Below are positions 17,464 to 27,671 of a stretch of DNA of 64,000 nucleotides, piece after piece. Position 1 is the stretch's first letter. Every line of letters starts with the position of its first letter. The notes below the pieces were generated by a model that did no database searches, was not told the DNA's origin, and worked only from the letters and a program-made list of their open reading frames with translations. A program made the position numbers and the translations under genes. Origin of the DNA: Desulfurivibrionaceae bacterium (GTDB taxonomy: Bacteria > Desulfobacterota > Desulfobulbia > Desulfobulbales > SURF-16); NCBI GenBank assembly GCA_046537975.1, contig JBKHJR010000001.1:64688-128687 (forward strand). The letters are read 5' to 3'.

Positions 17464-18100
17464 AAAGTCCATCAGATCTCCGCAGGAGTCCAGAAACCGG
17501 CAGACCAAGTTGGCCGCCTTCAAGGAGCAGAATGAAAGGGATCTGGCTGCAGTCCGCTCAGAACTTGAAGAGATCCGGAAGTACCTGTCCCTGTCGGAGC
17601 GGGTAACCGAGGCCCTGGACAGCCTGAGCCAGCAGCTTTTCCGCGAGCTTCTGGACGTGATTGAACACAAGCTGACCATTGCCCTGCAGGAGGTGCTGGA
17701 GCAGCCCATTGCCCTGAAGTCCGGGGTGGACTGGAAGCGGAACGCGGCCAGTGTGGATTTCTGGATTGAGAGGGACGGCAACAGGGAAGATATCATGAAG
17801 GGGCAGGGCGGATCAGTGGCCAACATCCTGTCCGTGGGCCTGCGCCTCTTTGCCCTGACTACCCTGGATGAAAGCCGGCACCGGCGGTTTCTGGTCCTGG
17901 ATGAACAGGACTGCTGGCTCCACCCTGATCTGGTCCCTCCCCTGGTCAAGATCATCCATGAGGCAGGCCGGGCCTTGAATTTCCAGATCCTGATGGTCTC
18001 GCATCATAACCCGGATCTTTTCAGGGGGTATGCTGACCGGGTCTACCGCCTGGTTCCCCAGGGTGGGGATGGAGTAAAGCTGACCCTGGAGGATGATTGA
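17453..18100 (+). CDS. SMC/Rad50/SbcC-like ATPase, C-terminal head half (signature-like motif, Walker B, H-loop)
   Basis: About 60 aa of N-terminal coiled coil. Then GQGGSVANILSVGLRLF (signature/C-loop-like), RRFLVLDEQDCWL (Walker B and D-loop) and ILMVSHH (H-loop). There is no Walker A. Confidence 0.8.
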   Translation: MEAEKSIRSPQESRNRQTKLAAFKEQNERDLAAVRSELEEIRKYLSLSERVTEALDSLSQQLFRELLDVIEHKLTIALQEVLEQPIALKSGVDWKRNAASVDFWIERDGNREDIMKGQGGSVANILSVGLRLFALTTLDESRHRRFLVLDEQDCWLHPDLVPPLVKIIHEAGRALNFQILMVSHHNPDLFRGYADRVYRLVPQGGDGVKLTLEDD

Positions 18101-18105
18101 TTCAG

Positions 18106-19455
<1,350 letters not shown>

Positions 19456-19684
19456 TCAGTTTTTTCCGCTGGAATTTAATGTGCTGAGATAAAGCAGCAG
19501 TACTTTAGCCAAAGAAGCCGGAAAAGTCAATGAGCAGGCATCTTCCTTGACACTAAAAGGTTAATGAAGTATTCAGTTAATTATTACGCCGTAAGCGTAC
19601 CCTCAAGCAAAATTAATCGCAGAGTATTCTGTTTTTTGTCAACCCTCCCCGCCTGTGCGGGGATCATCTTAATATGTGGATAGA

Positions 19685-20032
19685 ATGTTAGGTATCGGCC
19701 TGCCTGAACTTATAGTAATTCTGGGGATCGCCTTAATTGTAGTGGGCCCGGAAAAACTGCCCGAGCTTGCCAGGTCCCTGGCCAAGCAGATGGTCCAGCT
19801 TAAAAAGACGGCTGAAGAAATTAAGGAGAGCCTGAATGAAGAGATGGAAGATCAGGATTCCCACCAGCCTGAAGAAGATATTGTCAAACTGCCTTCCGAG
19901 ACTTTTGAAGAGTCCGAAGTAGATGACGATGAAGAGTCCGGCGCTGAGGCGGCTTCCACCGAGTCCATGGCCTCCTCTGAAGCCGCAACCTCTGAGGAAC
20001 CAGACAGCAAGACCGATGCCTCTTCTTCCTGA
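19685..20032 (+). CDS. tatB: Twin-arginine translocase TatA/TatB-family subunit (TatB-like length)
   Basis: MLGIGLPELIVILGIALIVVGPEKLPELARSLAK is the typical TatA/B TM plus amphipathic helix. Acidic tail. Lies upstream of tatC. Confidence 0.8.
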   Translation: MLGIGLPELIVILGIALIVVGPEKLPELARSLAKQMVQLKKTAEEIKESLNEEMEDQDSHQPEEDIVKLPSETFEESEVDDDEESGAEAASTESMASSEAATSEEPDSKTDASSS

Positions 20033-20750
20033 GCACCTCCAGAGCCATCTCCAGGAGCTGCGGCGCAGAGTTTTAATAATTTTTGCAACCATTCTGCTCT
20101 GCGGGGCAGGGGCTTTCTTTTTTGCCAAGCCCCTGGCCCAGCTCTGCATGCTTCCTCTTTTTCAGGCCGATCCCGAGTTGGCCGGTCTGGTCTATACCCA
20201 TCTAACCGAGGCCTTTATCGCCTATCTCAAGGTTTCAGTCCTGGCTGGTCTGGCTGTTGCCTTCCCCATCATTCTCTACCAGGTATGGATGTTTGTTGCT
20301 CCCGGTCTTTTCCAGGAAGAAAAGGCGGTGTTTTTCAGGATAGTGTTCTGGGGCGGGCTCCTCTTCCTTTTCGGTATTGTTTTTTCATTCGTGGCTATTA
20401 TGCCGGAACTGCTTTCCTTTTTTATGGAATTCCACCGGGAGAACCTGGAGCCCAAGCTCAAGCTGGGAGCCTATCTGACCTTTGTGATCCGGACCTGTAT
20501 AACTTTCGGCCTGGCCTTCGAAATTCCCTTTCTAATGGCTGCCGTCGGTAAAACCGGCCTGCTGACCCCGGTTTATTTCGTCAAACAGAGGAAGTACTTT
20601 TACCTGGCGATTCTGGTTCTCTCTTTTCTGCTCAGCGCCGGTGAAATGCTGGCGGCTGTTCTCCTGGCTGTTCCCCTTTTCGGCCTCTATGAACTGGGCA
20701 TTGTTATCATGCGTTTTTTTAAGCCTTCCGGAGCTTCCAAGTCCGCCTGA
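20016..20750 (+). CDS. tatC: Twin-arginine translocase subunit TatC
   Basis: MPLLPEHLQSHLQELRRRVL... followed by six TM helices typical of TatC. The internal ATG at 20016 is preferred over the longer listed ORF. Confidence 0.9.
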   Translation: MPLLPEHLQSHLQELRRRVLIIFATILLCGAGAFFFAKPLAQLCMLPLFQADPELAGLVYTHLTEAFIAYLKVSVLAGLAVAFPIILYQVWMFVAPGLFQEEKAVFFRIVFWGGLLFLFGIVFSFVAIMPELLSFFMEFHRENLEPKLKLGAYLTFVIRTCITFGLAFEIPFLMAAVGKTGLLTPVYFVKQRKYFYLAILVLSFLLSAGEMLAAVLLAVPLFGLYELGIVIMRFFKPSGASKSA

Positions 20751-20854
20751 GGTCCTGTAACTCCATCCCCTGAACCTTGAACCCTTAACCTCTTTTTTCT
20801 ACAATATCCTCAAGGAGAATTGCGGCTGATTGAATTCCGGGCAAGGAGGCAGGC

Positions 20855-21883
20855 ATGCTTGATATTGATGGTTCCATGGGAGAGGGTGGAGGCCAGGTCC
20901 TGCGCAGTTCTCTTACTCTGGCAGCGATTACCGGCAAGACCTTCCGTATGAAAAATATCAGGGCCGGCCGTTCCAAGCCGGGACTCAGGCCTCAGCATTT
21001 AAGAGCTGTGGAGGCAGCCGCCCAAATCTGCCGGGCCGGGGTGAACGGGGCTGAGATCGGGTCCGGCCAATTGATTTTTCGGCCGGGTCAGGTTGCCGCC
21101 GGGAACTACCATTTTGATATCGGCACAGCCGGGTCAAGTTCCCTGGTCCTGCAGACCATCCTCCTGCCCTTATCCTCTGCCGGACAAAAATCAAGGGTCA
21201 CTGTCACCGGGGGTACTCATGTTCCCTGGAGTCCCTGTTTCGAATATCTGGAGCGCCACTGGTGCGTCTTTTTAGACCGGCTTGGTATTGCCGCAGGTCT
21301 CACCCTGGTGCAGGCCGGTTTTTATCCCAAAGGAGGGGGCTGTGTCCGGGCAGAGATCTATCCGATGGTCGGGCTAAAGCCTCTGACTCTCGTGGAACGG
21401 GGGAGGCTGCTTAAGATTCAGGGTTTTTCCGGCAGCGCCGATCTCCCGGACCATATCGCCGAACGCCAGCGCCGCCGGGCCTTAGACAGACTGGCAGAAA
21501 ACCATCAGGTCAGTAATATCGAGATCAGCCGGATGTCTGCTTTTTCTCCGGGGACAGTCCTTTTTCTTCTGGCTGAATTTGAGAATGGACAATGCTGTTT
21601 TTTTGGGCTGGGGGAGCGGGGCAAGCCTGCGGAGCAGGTAGCTGACGAGGCGGTTGACGCCCTGGAGGATTTTCTGGCCACTGAGGCTGCCATTGATCAC
21701 TACCTGGCTGACCAGCTCCTGTTGCCTTTGGCCCTGGCGGAAGGAACTTCCCGGTTGAGTACCTCAAAGATAACCACCCACCTTCTCACCAACGCCCGGG
21801 TGATCCGGATTTTTCTGCCGGTTGAGATTAAGATCCGGGGCAACTCCGGCAGACCCGGGGTGGTCGAGGTTTACCGGAGCTGA
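20855..21883 (+). CDS. rtcA: RNA 3'-terminal phosphate cyclase
   Basis: IDGSMGEGGGQVLRSSLTLAAITGKTFRMKNIRAGRSKPGLRPQHL carries the RtcA signature, including the His of the adenylylation motif. Confidence 0.9.
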   Translation: MLDIDGSMGEGGGQVLRSSLTLAAITGKTFRMKNIRAGRSKPGLRPQHLRAVEAAAQICRAGVNGAEIGSGQLIFRPGQVAAGNYHFDIGTAGSSSLVLQTILLPLSSAGQKSRVTVTGGTHVPWSPCFEYLERHWCVFLDRLGIAAGLTLVQAGFYPKGGGCVRAEIYPMVGLKPLTLVERGRLLKIQGFSGSADLPDHIAERQRRRALDRLAENHQVSNIEISRMSAFSPGTVLFLLAEFENGQCCFFGLGERGKPAEQVADEAVDALEDFLATEAAIDHYLADQLLLPLALAEGTSRLSTSKITTHLLTNARVIRIFLPVEIKIRGNSGRPGVVEVYRS

Positions 21884-21899
21884 AATAACTCCCCCTGTT

Positions 21900-22394
21900 T
21901 TAATCGCGATGCTCTTTGTAATAACGCACCAGGGAAAGAACATTTTCTGCTCTCAGGCGGCCGATGGCCCCGGAGCTATAGCAGGCCACTTCAATCCGGC
22001 TGTCCGGTTTGAGCAGGAAGCCGGTGGCATGGAAGAATTTTTTTTCCGGCTCATAGAAGCAACCCAGGGTTTTGGTTATGGTAGCGAACTCCAGATTGCA
22101 GGCCACCGGGAAAGTAAGTTCCAGCTTGTCGACTGTCCTGCCGGCTTGGTCCTCAGAATCAATCGAGCCGGCGATCAGCTTGATGTTTTCCTGTTCAAGG
22201 TCGCTCAGGTGTTTTTGGAAGTCAGCCAACTGCTGAGCACAGAAAGGTCACCAGTGACCGCGGTAGATCAGCAGTACTGAATAGCCTCCGGAGAGGGCTT
22301 CGGGTAATTGTTTTTCCCCGTGTTTGACTGTCTGCAGCCTGAGTTCGGGGAGCCTTTCTCCGGTGTCCAGCAGGGGGTCGTTTGATCTGGCCAT
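21900..22394 (-). CDS. Peroxiredoxin-like (AhpC/TSA/redoxin fold) selenoprotein with in-frame UGA (U-x-x-C redox motif)
   Basis: Two listed ORFs (22248-22439 and 21900-22229) are in the same frame and separated only by the TGA at 22248-22250. Read-through gives ...VLLIYRGHW-U-PFCAQQLADFQ..., matching the conserved GHWCPxC motif. GGGAGGA RBS before ATG 22394. Confidence 0.8.
22222..22236 (-). promoter_or_regulatory. Candidate bacterial SECIS hairpin
   Basis: The mRNA reads UGA, then 11 nt, then UCAGC-AGUUG-GCUGA (5-bp stem, G/U-containing apical loop). The spacing matches the usual bacterial SECIS distance. Confidence 0.5.
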
Positions 22395-22464
22395 AATTTC
22401 CTCCCTATGAATGAAGATGTTATAAACAGGTACCTGCATTTACTCTGTAGTAAGGCAGGTGTGA

Positions 22465-23691
22465 TCAGAAAGTGGGCATGGGCATCCGGCCCCATTTGTG
22501 ACGTGGAGCTATATCCTCCACTGCCAGCACTTCCCCGGTGAAGGCGTCTACATCTACCAGTAGGACGGGATGGCGGCGCATACCTACGTCAAAGACATTT
22601 TCTCCTTTAACAATCCTGCCTTTTTCATCTTCTACCCTCACAAAAATAAAGCGTTCTATATCCAGCTCTTTTTCCTTGCGGCCGATAGTCCCTATGAAAT
22701 TGGAAAAGATTTTAAAAAATTTGTGTATTCCTCCCCGGAACTTGTACTTGTGCCACTCCAGGATTTCCGGATAACGTTCAATCATGCTCTCCGGAAATTC
22801 TCTGGCCGCCTCGGTTACCAGGGCCATTAAGAAGAAATCCCGGGGCACGATATAGGCCAGGTTGATACCCGGCTGGGCCTCGAGGAACCTGTCTACTTCC
22901 TGGTGGGAACGCACCAGTTGGTAAAGGTCTTTCAGTTTTTGATCAGGGTGAGGAAAGGCGGGGAGCAGGGTCATCCTTTCCGTGGTGGCAAGGGGAAGGC
23001 TGTTTACCGTATAGGCGCGCAGTCCCAGAGTAATGGCCATGGCCAGGGCCAGGCAGGCCAGAAAGTTTACCGCCATACCCAGGCTCTTGGGTCTGATCCA
23101 GCCGAAAATTTTCTGATAGATCTTTCCGCCCGGTTCACCGGGGAAAAACATCGGTGTCCGGCGTAGATATGCCCGGTAAGAGTCTCCGGCCTCCCGGACC
23201 ATGCGGTTTTCCTCAATCCTGGCCAAAAAATAGTAGACAAAGAGCATGATGATATAAAAGAACAGGATTATAAACCGGGGCCAGTATAAGAGCAGTCCCA
23301 GGCCGGCTATGCCCAGGGCCAGGTATTGGGGATGTCGGTTGAAGGAGTAAATCCAGCCCTGGGCTATCCCGCGCCTGGTAAAGCGATGATAATAAAGGGG
23401 AACTGCCGCGGCCAGGAAGAGAATAAGGCCTATAGGCAGCAGGAGTTGCAAGTAGGAGACGGCGATGATCAGGGGATCAGCCGGGAAGACCATGTGAGGC
23501 AGGAAAAATTCAGCGGTCCAGCTGGTAAGGGGTGAGGAAAACAGGAAGTTGAGGACCGGACCGTAGACCGAGTAGAAGTAGAGAGCGAAAGGGGAGATCA
23601 TGATAAGGATCTCCAGGCCGATCAGGAGATAAATAAGCATGGTCCCGGCCGCAATCCATCTGGTTTTCCGCCTTTTTTCAGTACTCCCCAC
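22465..23691 (-). CDS. Membrane protein with ICMT/PEMT-like methyltransferase core and a ~200-aa soluble C-terminal extension
   Basis: NRHPQYLALGIAGLG...ARIEENRMVREAGDSYRAYLRRTPMFFP resembles the isoprenylcysteine carboxyl methyltransferase family motif region. The C-terminal half was not recognised. Confidence 0.55.
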   Translation of the reverse strand: MGSTEKRRKTRWIAAGTMLIYLLIGLEILIMISPFALYFYSVYGPVLNFLFSSPLTSWTAEFFLPHMVFPADPLIIAVSYLQLLLPIGLILFLAAAVPLYYHRFTRRGIAQGWIYSFNRHPQYLALGIAGLGLLLYWPRFIILFFYIIMLFVYYFLARIEENRMVREAGDSYRAYLRRTPMFFPGEPGGKIYQKIFGWIRPKSLGMAVNFLACLALAMAITLGLRAYTVNSLPLATTERMTLLPAFPHPDQKLKDLYQLVRSHQEVDRFLEAQPGINLAYIVPRDFFLMALVTEAAREFPESMIERYPEILEWHKYKFRGGIHKFFKIFSNFIGTIGRKEKELDIERFIFVRVEDEKGRIVKGENVFDVGMRRHPVLLVDVDAFTGEVLAVEDIAPRHKWGRMPMPTF

Positions 23692-23833
23692 TACAGTCTC
23701 CCTGCATACTTACAGATCGTCAGAATAACCCGGCACCCGACTCCCGATTCATTACATATTCCGGGTTATATTATTACCTGTAATTGCCCTCTAAGGTAAA
23801 TCATCAAAAGAGAAGATAGTTTTTCCTGATTCT

Positions 23834-24364
23834 TTATTCCTTTTTTTGGTCAGAAACCCATCTTATGGCGATTCCAATCACCTTCATGTAACCCGATTTT
23901 TCAGTTGCATATCTGCCTCCGTAACAGTAATAAAACCTCCGGGGGTATCCAAATCTGAAATAATAATCCCTGAAATGTCCGGGGCCATAATAATACGGAT
24001 CGTAGAAATACGGAGGATAGCCGTGTTCCAAGTAGTAGTGGCAGTCATGGGGTTGGTAAACTCCTCTGGTATATTCTTTTTCTTTCAACACATATACCGC
24101 ATCAGCACCGAATTCAGCTCCCTTGCTTCTGAATATCCTTTCAACCTGTTTCCAGCCGGTTGCCATATCAACTATGATTTCTGCCACTTCCTCGAATTCT
24201 CTGTCCGCAGGTTTTTTTTGAAATATCTTGACTGATTCAGGGTCTGTTGCCGGATAACTTTCTCTGTAACTGGACGTTTTCACCGTCGGTTCAACTGCGC
24301 AGCCGTTGGCCGCTATAACAAAAATAAAAAATAATAAGCCTGTTATGATCCTGGATTTCATCAT
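23834..24364 (-). CDS. Lipoprotein with a Tyr/Arg/Phe-rich C-terminus
   Basis: Signal peptide with lipobox (VIAANGC). The C-terminal region is low-complexity (YYLEHGYPPYFYDPYYYGPGHFRDYYFRFGYPRRFYYCYGGRY). Confidence 0.55.
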   Translation of the reverse strand: MMKSRIITGLLFFIFVIAANGCAVEPTVKTSSYRESYPATDPESVKIFQKKPADREFEEVAEIIVDMATGWKQVERIFRSKGAEFGADAVYVLKEKEYTRGVYQPHDCHYYLEHGYPPYFYDPYYYGPGHFRDYYFRFGYPRRFYYCYGGRYATEKSGYMKVIGIAIRWVSDQKKE

Positions 24365-24491
24365 TTTCTCTTCAGCAAAACCGTTTCCGCCTTTTTTGTA
24401 TTGAAGACGCAGCTATAAGGCATGATATCTGATGTCCATAGGGCCGGGGGGGCGGCACGTTTTTGAATACATTCCCTTATAACACGGACAA

Positions 24492-26030
24492 TTATGTTTT
24501 CTTGCTTTCCTTTTTTTCTACCTGTCCTTGTGTCCAGTTCTCCAGCTTTTCGGCGGCTACGGTGCGGCCGCCGATACCAAAGGCGATTGCTGCAGCCACC
24601 GCAATCGAACCCAGCAGTAAGCCGAAAGCGAGAATTATAATTTCGTTTGCCAGCCCCATCTGGCGCAGGGCGACAGCACCGGTCAGGCCGAGAATGGCTG
24701 CTTTGGCCACGATTGCCACCAGTTCCGCCTGCTGCAGTTCACTGCTGCGGATTGCCCGTCCGGCAATACTGCTCAGCCACAGACCTACGGTAAATATGAC
24801 CAGTCCGAACAGAATATGGCCTATAATGACGGTGAGTTCGGAAATCAGTTGACCGATCGCTGAAAAGCCGAGCACGTTTGCGGCCTCTATCGTCGCAAAA
24901 AGCATGATGACGACCAGCGCAACCCAGCCGGCGATTTCAGAAGGAGATTTTTCGCCCTCTTTGGGTTCACGCCAGATCCCAACCTGTGCCGGGAGATTAT
25001 CAAAGCCTACCCCGTGCAGTATTTCGGTGGCGAGCCCGCAAATCACCCGGGCGATTATGTAGGATATGGTCAGGATCAGGACTGCTGCAAAGATCAAGGG
25101 CAGTGCCTGTAGTATGAGGTTCAGCATGTTGCTGGCAGGCTGTGTTACTGCATCGAGCTGGAGGGCGTTTAAGGCCGCGATCAGTACTGGAATCAGAACC
25201 AGGACGTAGGCAATAATACCAAGAGTTTCCGAGAGATTCTCTTTGCCGAAAATCCGTTTCAGACCCGTTTCTTCAGTGAGGCGGTCTGCTCCCAGGGCCG
25301 AAGAAAAATTAACGGTTAATCGTTGCAGGATCCGGGCACCGATCCAGCCTGCAAGCATGATCAGCACTGCTCCGAACAGGTTCGGCAGGTACATAAGAAA
25401 GCGGTCCACCGTATTGCGGACAGGTTCAATAAATCCCTGCAGATCGAGGGCTCCGGCGATGGCGGGGATAAAAAGGATGATCACCAGCCAGTACACCACA
25501 TCGGCCAGGGTTTGGGAAACCGGTGCTTCTTTTGTTTCCTCTCCGCTCAGGTGTTGATCAAGTTTGGAGGCAGAACCCAGTTTCCGGATAACTGCCCTCA
25601 TAATGGTTGCGACCGCCCAGGCCACCAGGACCAAGAGAATAGCGCCGACAAAGCGGGGGATATAAGCAAAAACCCGGCTGAGCATTTCATTAAGCGGCTC
25701 AGTAGCCAGAGTGAGCCCTAATGCCTGGAGAAAGGCCACCAGAACGAGAACCAGGATGAAGTAAAATACAATCTTCGAACCGGTTTGTTCCACGTTTATT
25801 TCCTTGCCTCCCTCTTCACCGGCCATCCATTTTACCAGATTCTTGCCTAAAGAGGTGCCTTTTAGAATGCGTCGTACAACTGCAGCGAGCCCAAGCGCAA
25901 ATAACCAGCCCACAATGAGTATAAGAATTGCACCAATCAGGTTGGGCAAATACTCAGCCAACCTTGTCCATGTTTCATTTATATTATTTATCATTTTGAC
26001 TACCTCCCTTTTCTCTTGATCAAAGATCAA
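24492..26030 (-). CDS. Conserved-TM-helix repeat membrane protein (MscS-associated TM_helix-type repeats)
   Basis: Repeated units of the form LPNLIGAILILIVGWLFA / IPRFVGAILLVLVAW / LPNLFGAVLIMLAGWI / IAGWVALVVIMLFA. The true start may be the internal MINNINETW. Confidence 0.55.
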   Translation of the reverse strand: MIFDQEKREVVKMINNINETWTRLAEYLPNLIGAILILIVGWLFALGLAAVVRRILKGTSLGKNLVKWMAGEEGGKEINVEQTGSKIVFYFILVLVLVAFLQALGLTLATEPLNEMLSRVFAYIPRFVGAILLVLVAWAVATIMRAVIRKLGSASKLDQHLSGEETKEAPVSQTLADVVYWLVIILFIPAIAGALDLQGFIEPVRNTVDRFLMYLPNLFGAVLIMLAGWIGARILQRLTVNFSSALGADRLTEETGLKRIFGKENLSETLGIIAYVLVLIPVLIAALNALQLDAVTQPASNMLNLILQALPLIFAAVLILTISYIIARVICGLATEILHGVGFDNLPAQVGIWREPKEGEKSPSEIAGWVALVVIMLFATIEAANVLGFSAIGQLISELTVIIGHILFGLVIFTVGLWLSSIAGRAIRSSELQQAELVAIVAKAAILGLTGAVALRQMGLANEIIILAFGLLLGSIAVAAAIAFGIGGRTVAAEKLENWTQGQVEKKESKKT

Positions 26031-26430
26031 TAAGTTGCTTTCTCAGTAACGGTCATAAGGAAAAAACGTTACCGCCCCCTTTGAAACTAAACCCTACTTT
26101 TATCCTCTATAATCCATTCTGCTTTGTCAAGATCAAGGCGGGAATGATAGGGAAAAAATGGACGAAAATGGAATACACCATACTGCCGGGGAGAATATCA
26201 GGCCGGAGTAAACCTGCAAAGAAAGCCTATGATATTTTTGAGACCGTTTGACTGCTTTCAGGGATTCTGCGAAGATAAAATAAGAAGTCTTCAGGCTGAT
26301 TGCAATTGAACCCGCTGTTGCCGGGCTTTTAAAGAACTGGCCGGGGTAAGGGAGGTTGGCCGTCATTGATGATCAGGGCAGGCGGCTGACTTCCAGGGAA
26401 AGGATGTTCTGATGAGATTAGGAGAGGTTG

Positions 26431-26571
26431 ATGATTAATAGTGCGGAAAAAGTCACCCTTCTCTCCATTCTTGCCAATCTACTGCTGGTTTCAGTAAAGG
26501 CTTTCCTGGCCCTGGCTGAGACAATGGCTGAACTGGATATAAAAGCACTGAATAGCAGGAGGGAGAAATGA
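26431..26571 (+). pseudogene. 46-codon remnant resembling the N-terminus of a cation-diffusion-facilitator (CDF) transporter
   Basis: MINSAEKVTLLSILANLLLVSVKAFLALAE resembles the first TM helix of CDF proteins, then ends. Its TGA overlaps the mrp ATG (ATGA). Confidence 0.4.
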
Positions 26572-27014
26572 TTGATGAGGAAAAGGTTAAAGAAAAACTA
26601 AAAGAGCTGAAGCACCCCGGGTTCGGGAAGTCCTTGCTGGAGCTGGGTATGATCCGTGACATTGGCATTGTAGATGGGACGGTTAATCTGACTCTGGCCC
26701 TAAAAAATGACCGTTCTTCTTTTCGCGGAACTCTGGAAAAGAAGATAAAAGATGGTCTTTCTTCGGTTGAAGGTGTGGCGGAGGTCCGGATTGAAGTGAC
26801 CACTCTGAGCCGGGAAGAGATTGAGCGCTTGTTCCCCAAACAGGAATTAAAGGGGATTAAACAGGTGGAGAGAATTATTGCCGTGGCCAGCGGCAAGGGA
26901 GGAGTAGGAAAAACCACAGTGGCGGTTAATCTGGCCCTGGCCCTGCATCAGCAGGGGTTCAGGACGGGGCTCATGGATGCTGATATCTATGGCCCGGCCC
27001 TTCCATATCGATAA
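26568..27014 (+). CDS. Mrp/ApbC/NBP35-family Fe-S carrier ATPase, N-terminal piece (MIP18-like domain plus P-loop)
   Basis: [20 protein letters not shown] and [10 protein letters not shown], followed by TAA at 27012-27014. Confidence 0.75.
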   Translation: MIDEEKVKEKLKELKHPGFGKSLLELGMIRDIGIVDGTVNLTLALKNDRSSFRGTLEKKIKDGLSSVEGVAEVRIEVTTLSREEIERLFPKQELKGIKQVERIIAVASGKGGVGKTTVAVNLALALHQQGFRTGLMDADIYGPALPYR

Positions 27015-27613
27015 TGCTTGATTTGTATAATCAGGCGGATTTCAGCGGTGATGTAGCCAGGCCCCTGGAAAAATACGGGCTCAGGATTATGTCTCTGGGG
27101 ATGTCCGCCAAACAGGATCAGGCCTTTATCTGGCGGGGTCCCTTGGTTTCCAAAATGATCCACAATCTTCTGGATAAAGTGGAATGGGGAAGGCTCGACT
27201 ATCTGGTGGTTGATCTGCCTCCGGGAACCGGAGACCCTTCTATTTCCGTGGCCCACTCCATACCAGACGCAGAAATAGTAATGGTAACCACTCCCCAGAA
27301 GCTCGCCCTGGCTGATGTCAGGAGGGCTGTGAACCTGTTTAACCTATACCATCTTGACATAATCGGTCTGGTGGAGAACATGTCCTACTTTGCCTGCGGT
27401 CACGGAGATAAAGTTTTTGATATCTTTGGTCGCGGAGGGGGGGATGAGTTCAGCCGGGAGAGCGATATTCCCTTACTGGGTTCTATCCCCCTTGATCTCG
27501 CGGTCAGGAAAAGTGAGGATTCAGGCAAGCCCTTGATGGTTGGAGCCCCCGATTCCGAGGCAGGCAGGATCGTTCAGGATATTGCCGGAAAAATCAGTGG
27601 TTGGAGCGATTGA
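27014..27613 (+). CDS. Mrp/ApbC/NBP35-family ATPase, C-terminal piece (different frame, TAATG junction; CxxC motif degenerate)
   Basis: MLDL...IWRGPLVSKMI...YLVVDLPPGTGD...VENMSYFACGHGDKVFDIFG. The family CPxC pair is reduced to a single Cys. Confidence 0.7.
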   Translation: MLDLYNQADFSGDVARPLEKYGLRIMSLGMSAKQDQAFIWRGPLVSKMIHNLLDKVEWGRLDYLVVDLPPGTGDPSISVAHSIPDAEIVMVTTPQKLALADVRRAVNLFNLYHLDIIGLVENMSYFACGHGDKVFDIFGRGGGDEFSRESDIPLLGSIPLDLAVRKSEDSGKPLMVGAPDSEAGRIVQDIAGKISGWSD

Positions 27614-27671
27614 TTGTCTTGCCCCTAAGGTTCGGGGTTGAGGGTATTTAAATACAGAGAGACAAGACTTC

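Noticed and set aside
19647-19662. CCCCGC-CTGT-GCGGGG hairpin upstream of tatB
   Set aside because: A short 6-bp stem with no adjoining U-run on either strand. There is insufficient evidence for a terminator or regulatory element.
26133-26366. 77-aa minus-strand ORF in the 400-nt spacer upstream of the CDF stub
   Set aside because: No motifs, no RBS and low-complexity sequence. I also considered a czcD-type NiCo riboswitch here but could not recognise its conserved core by eye.
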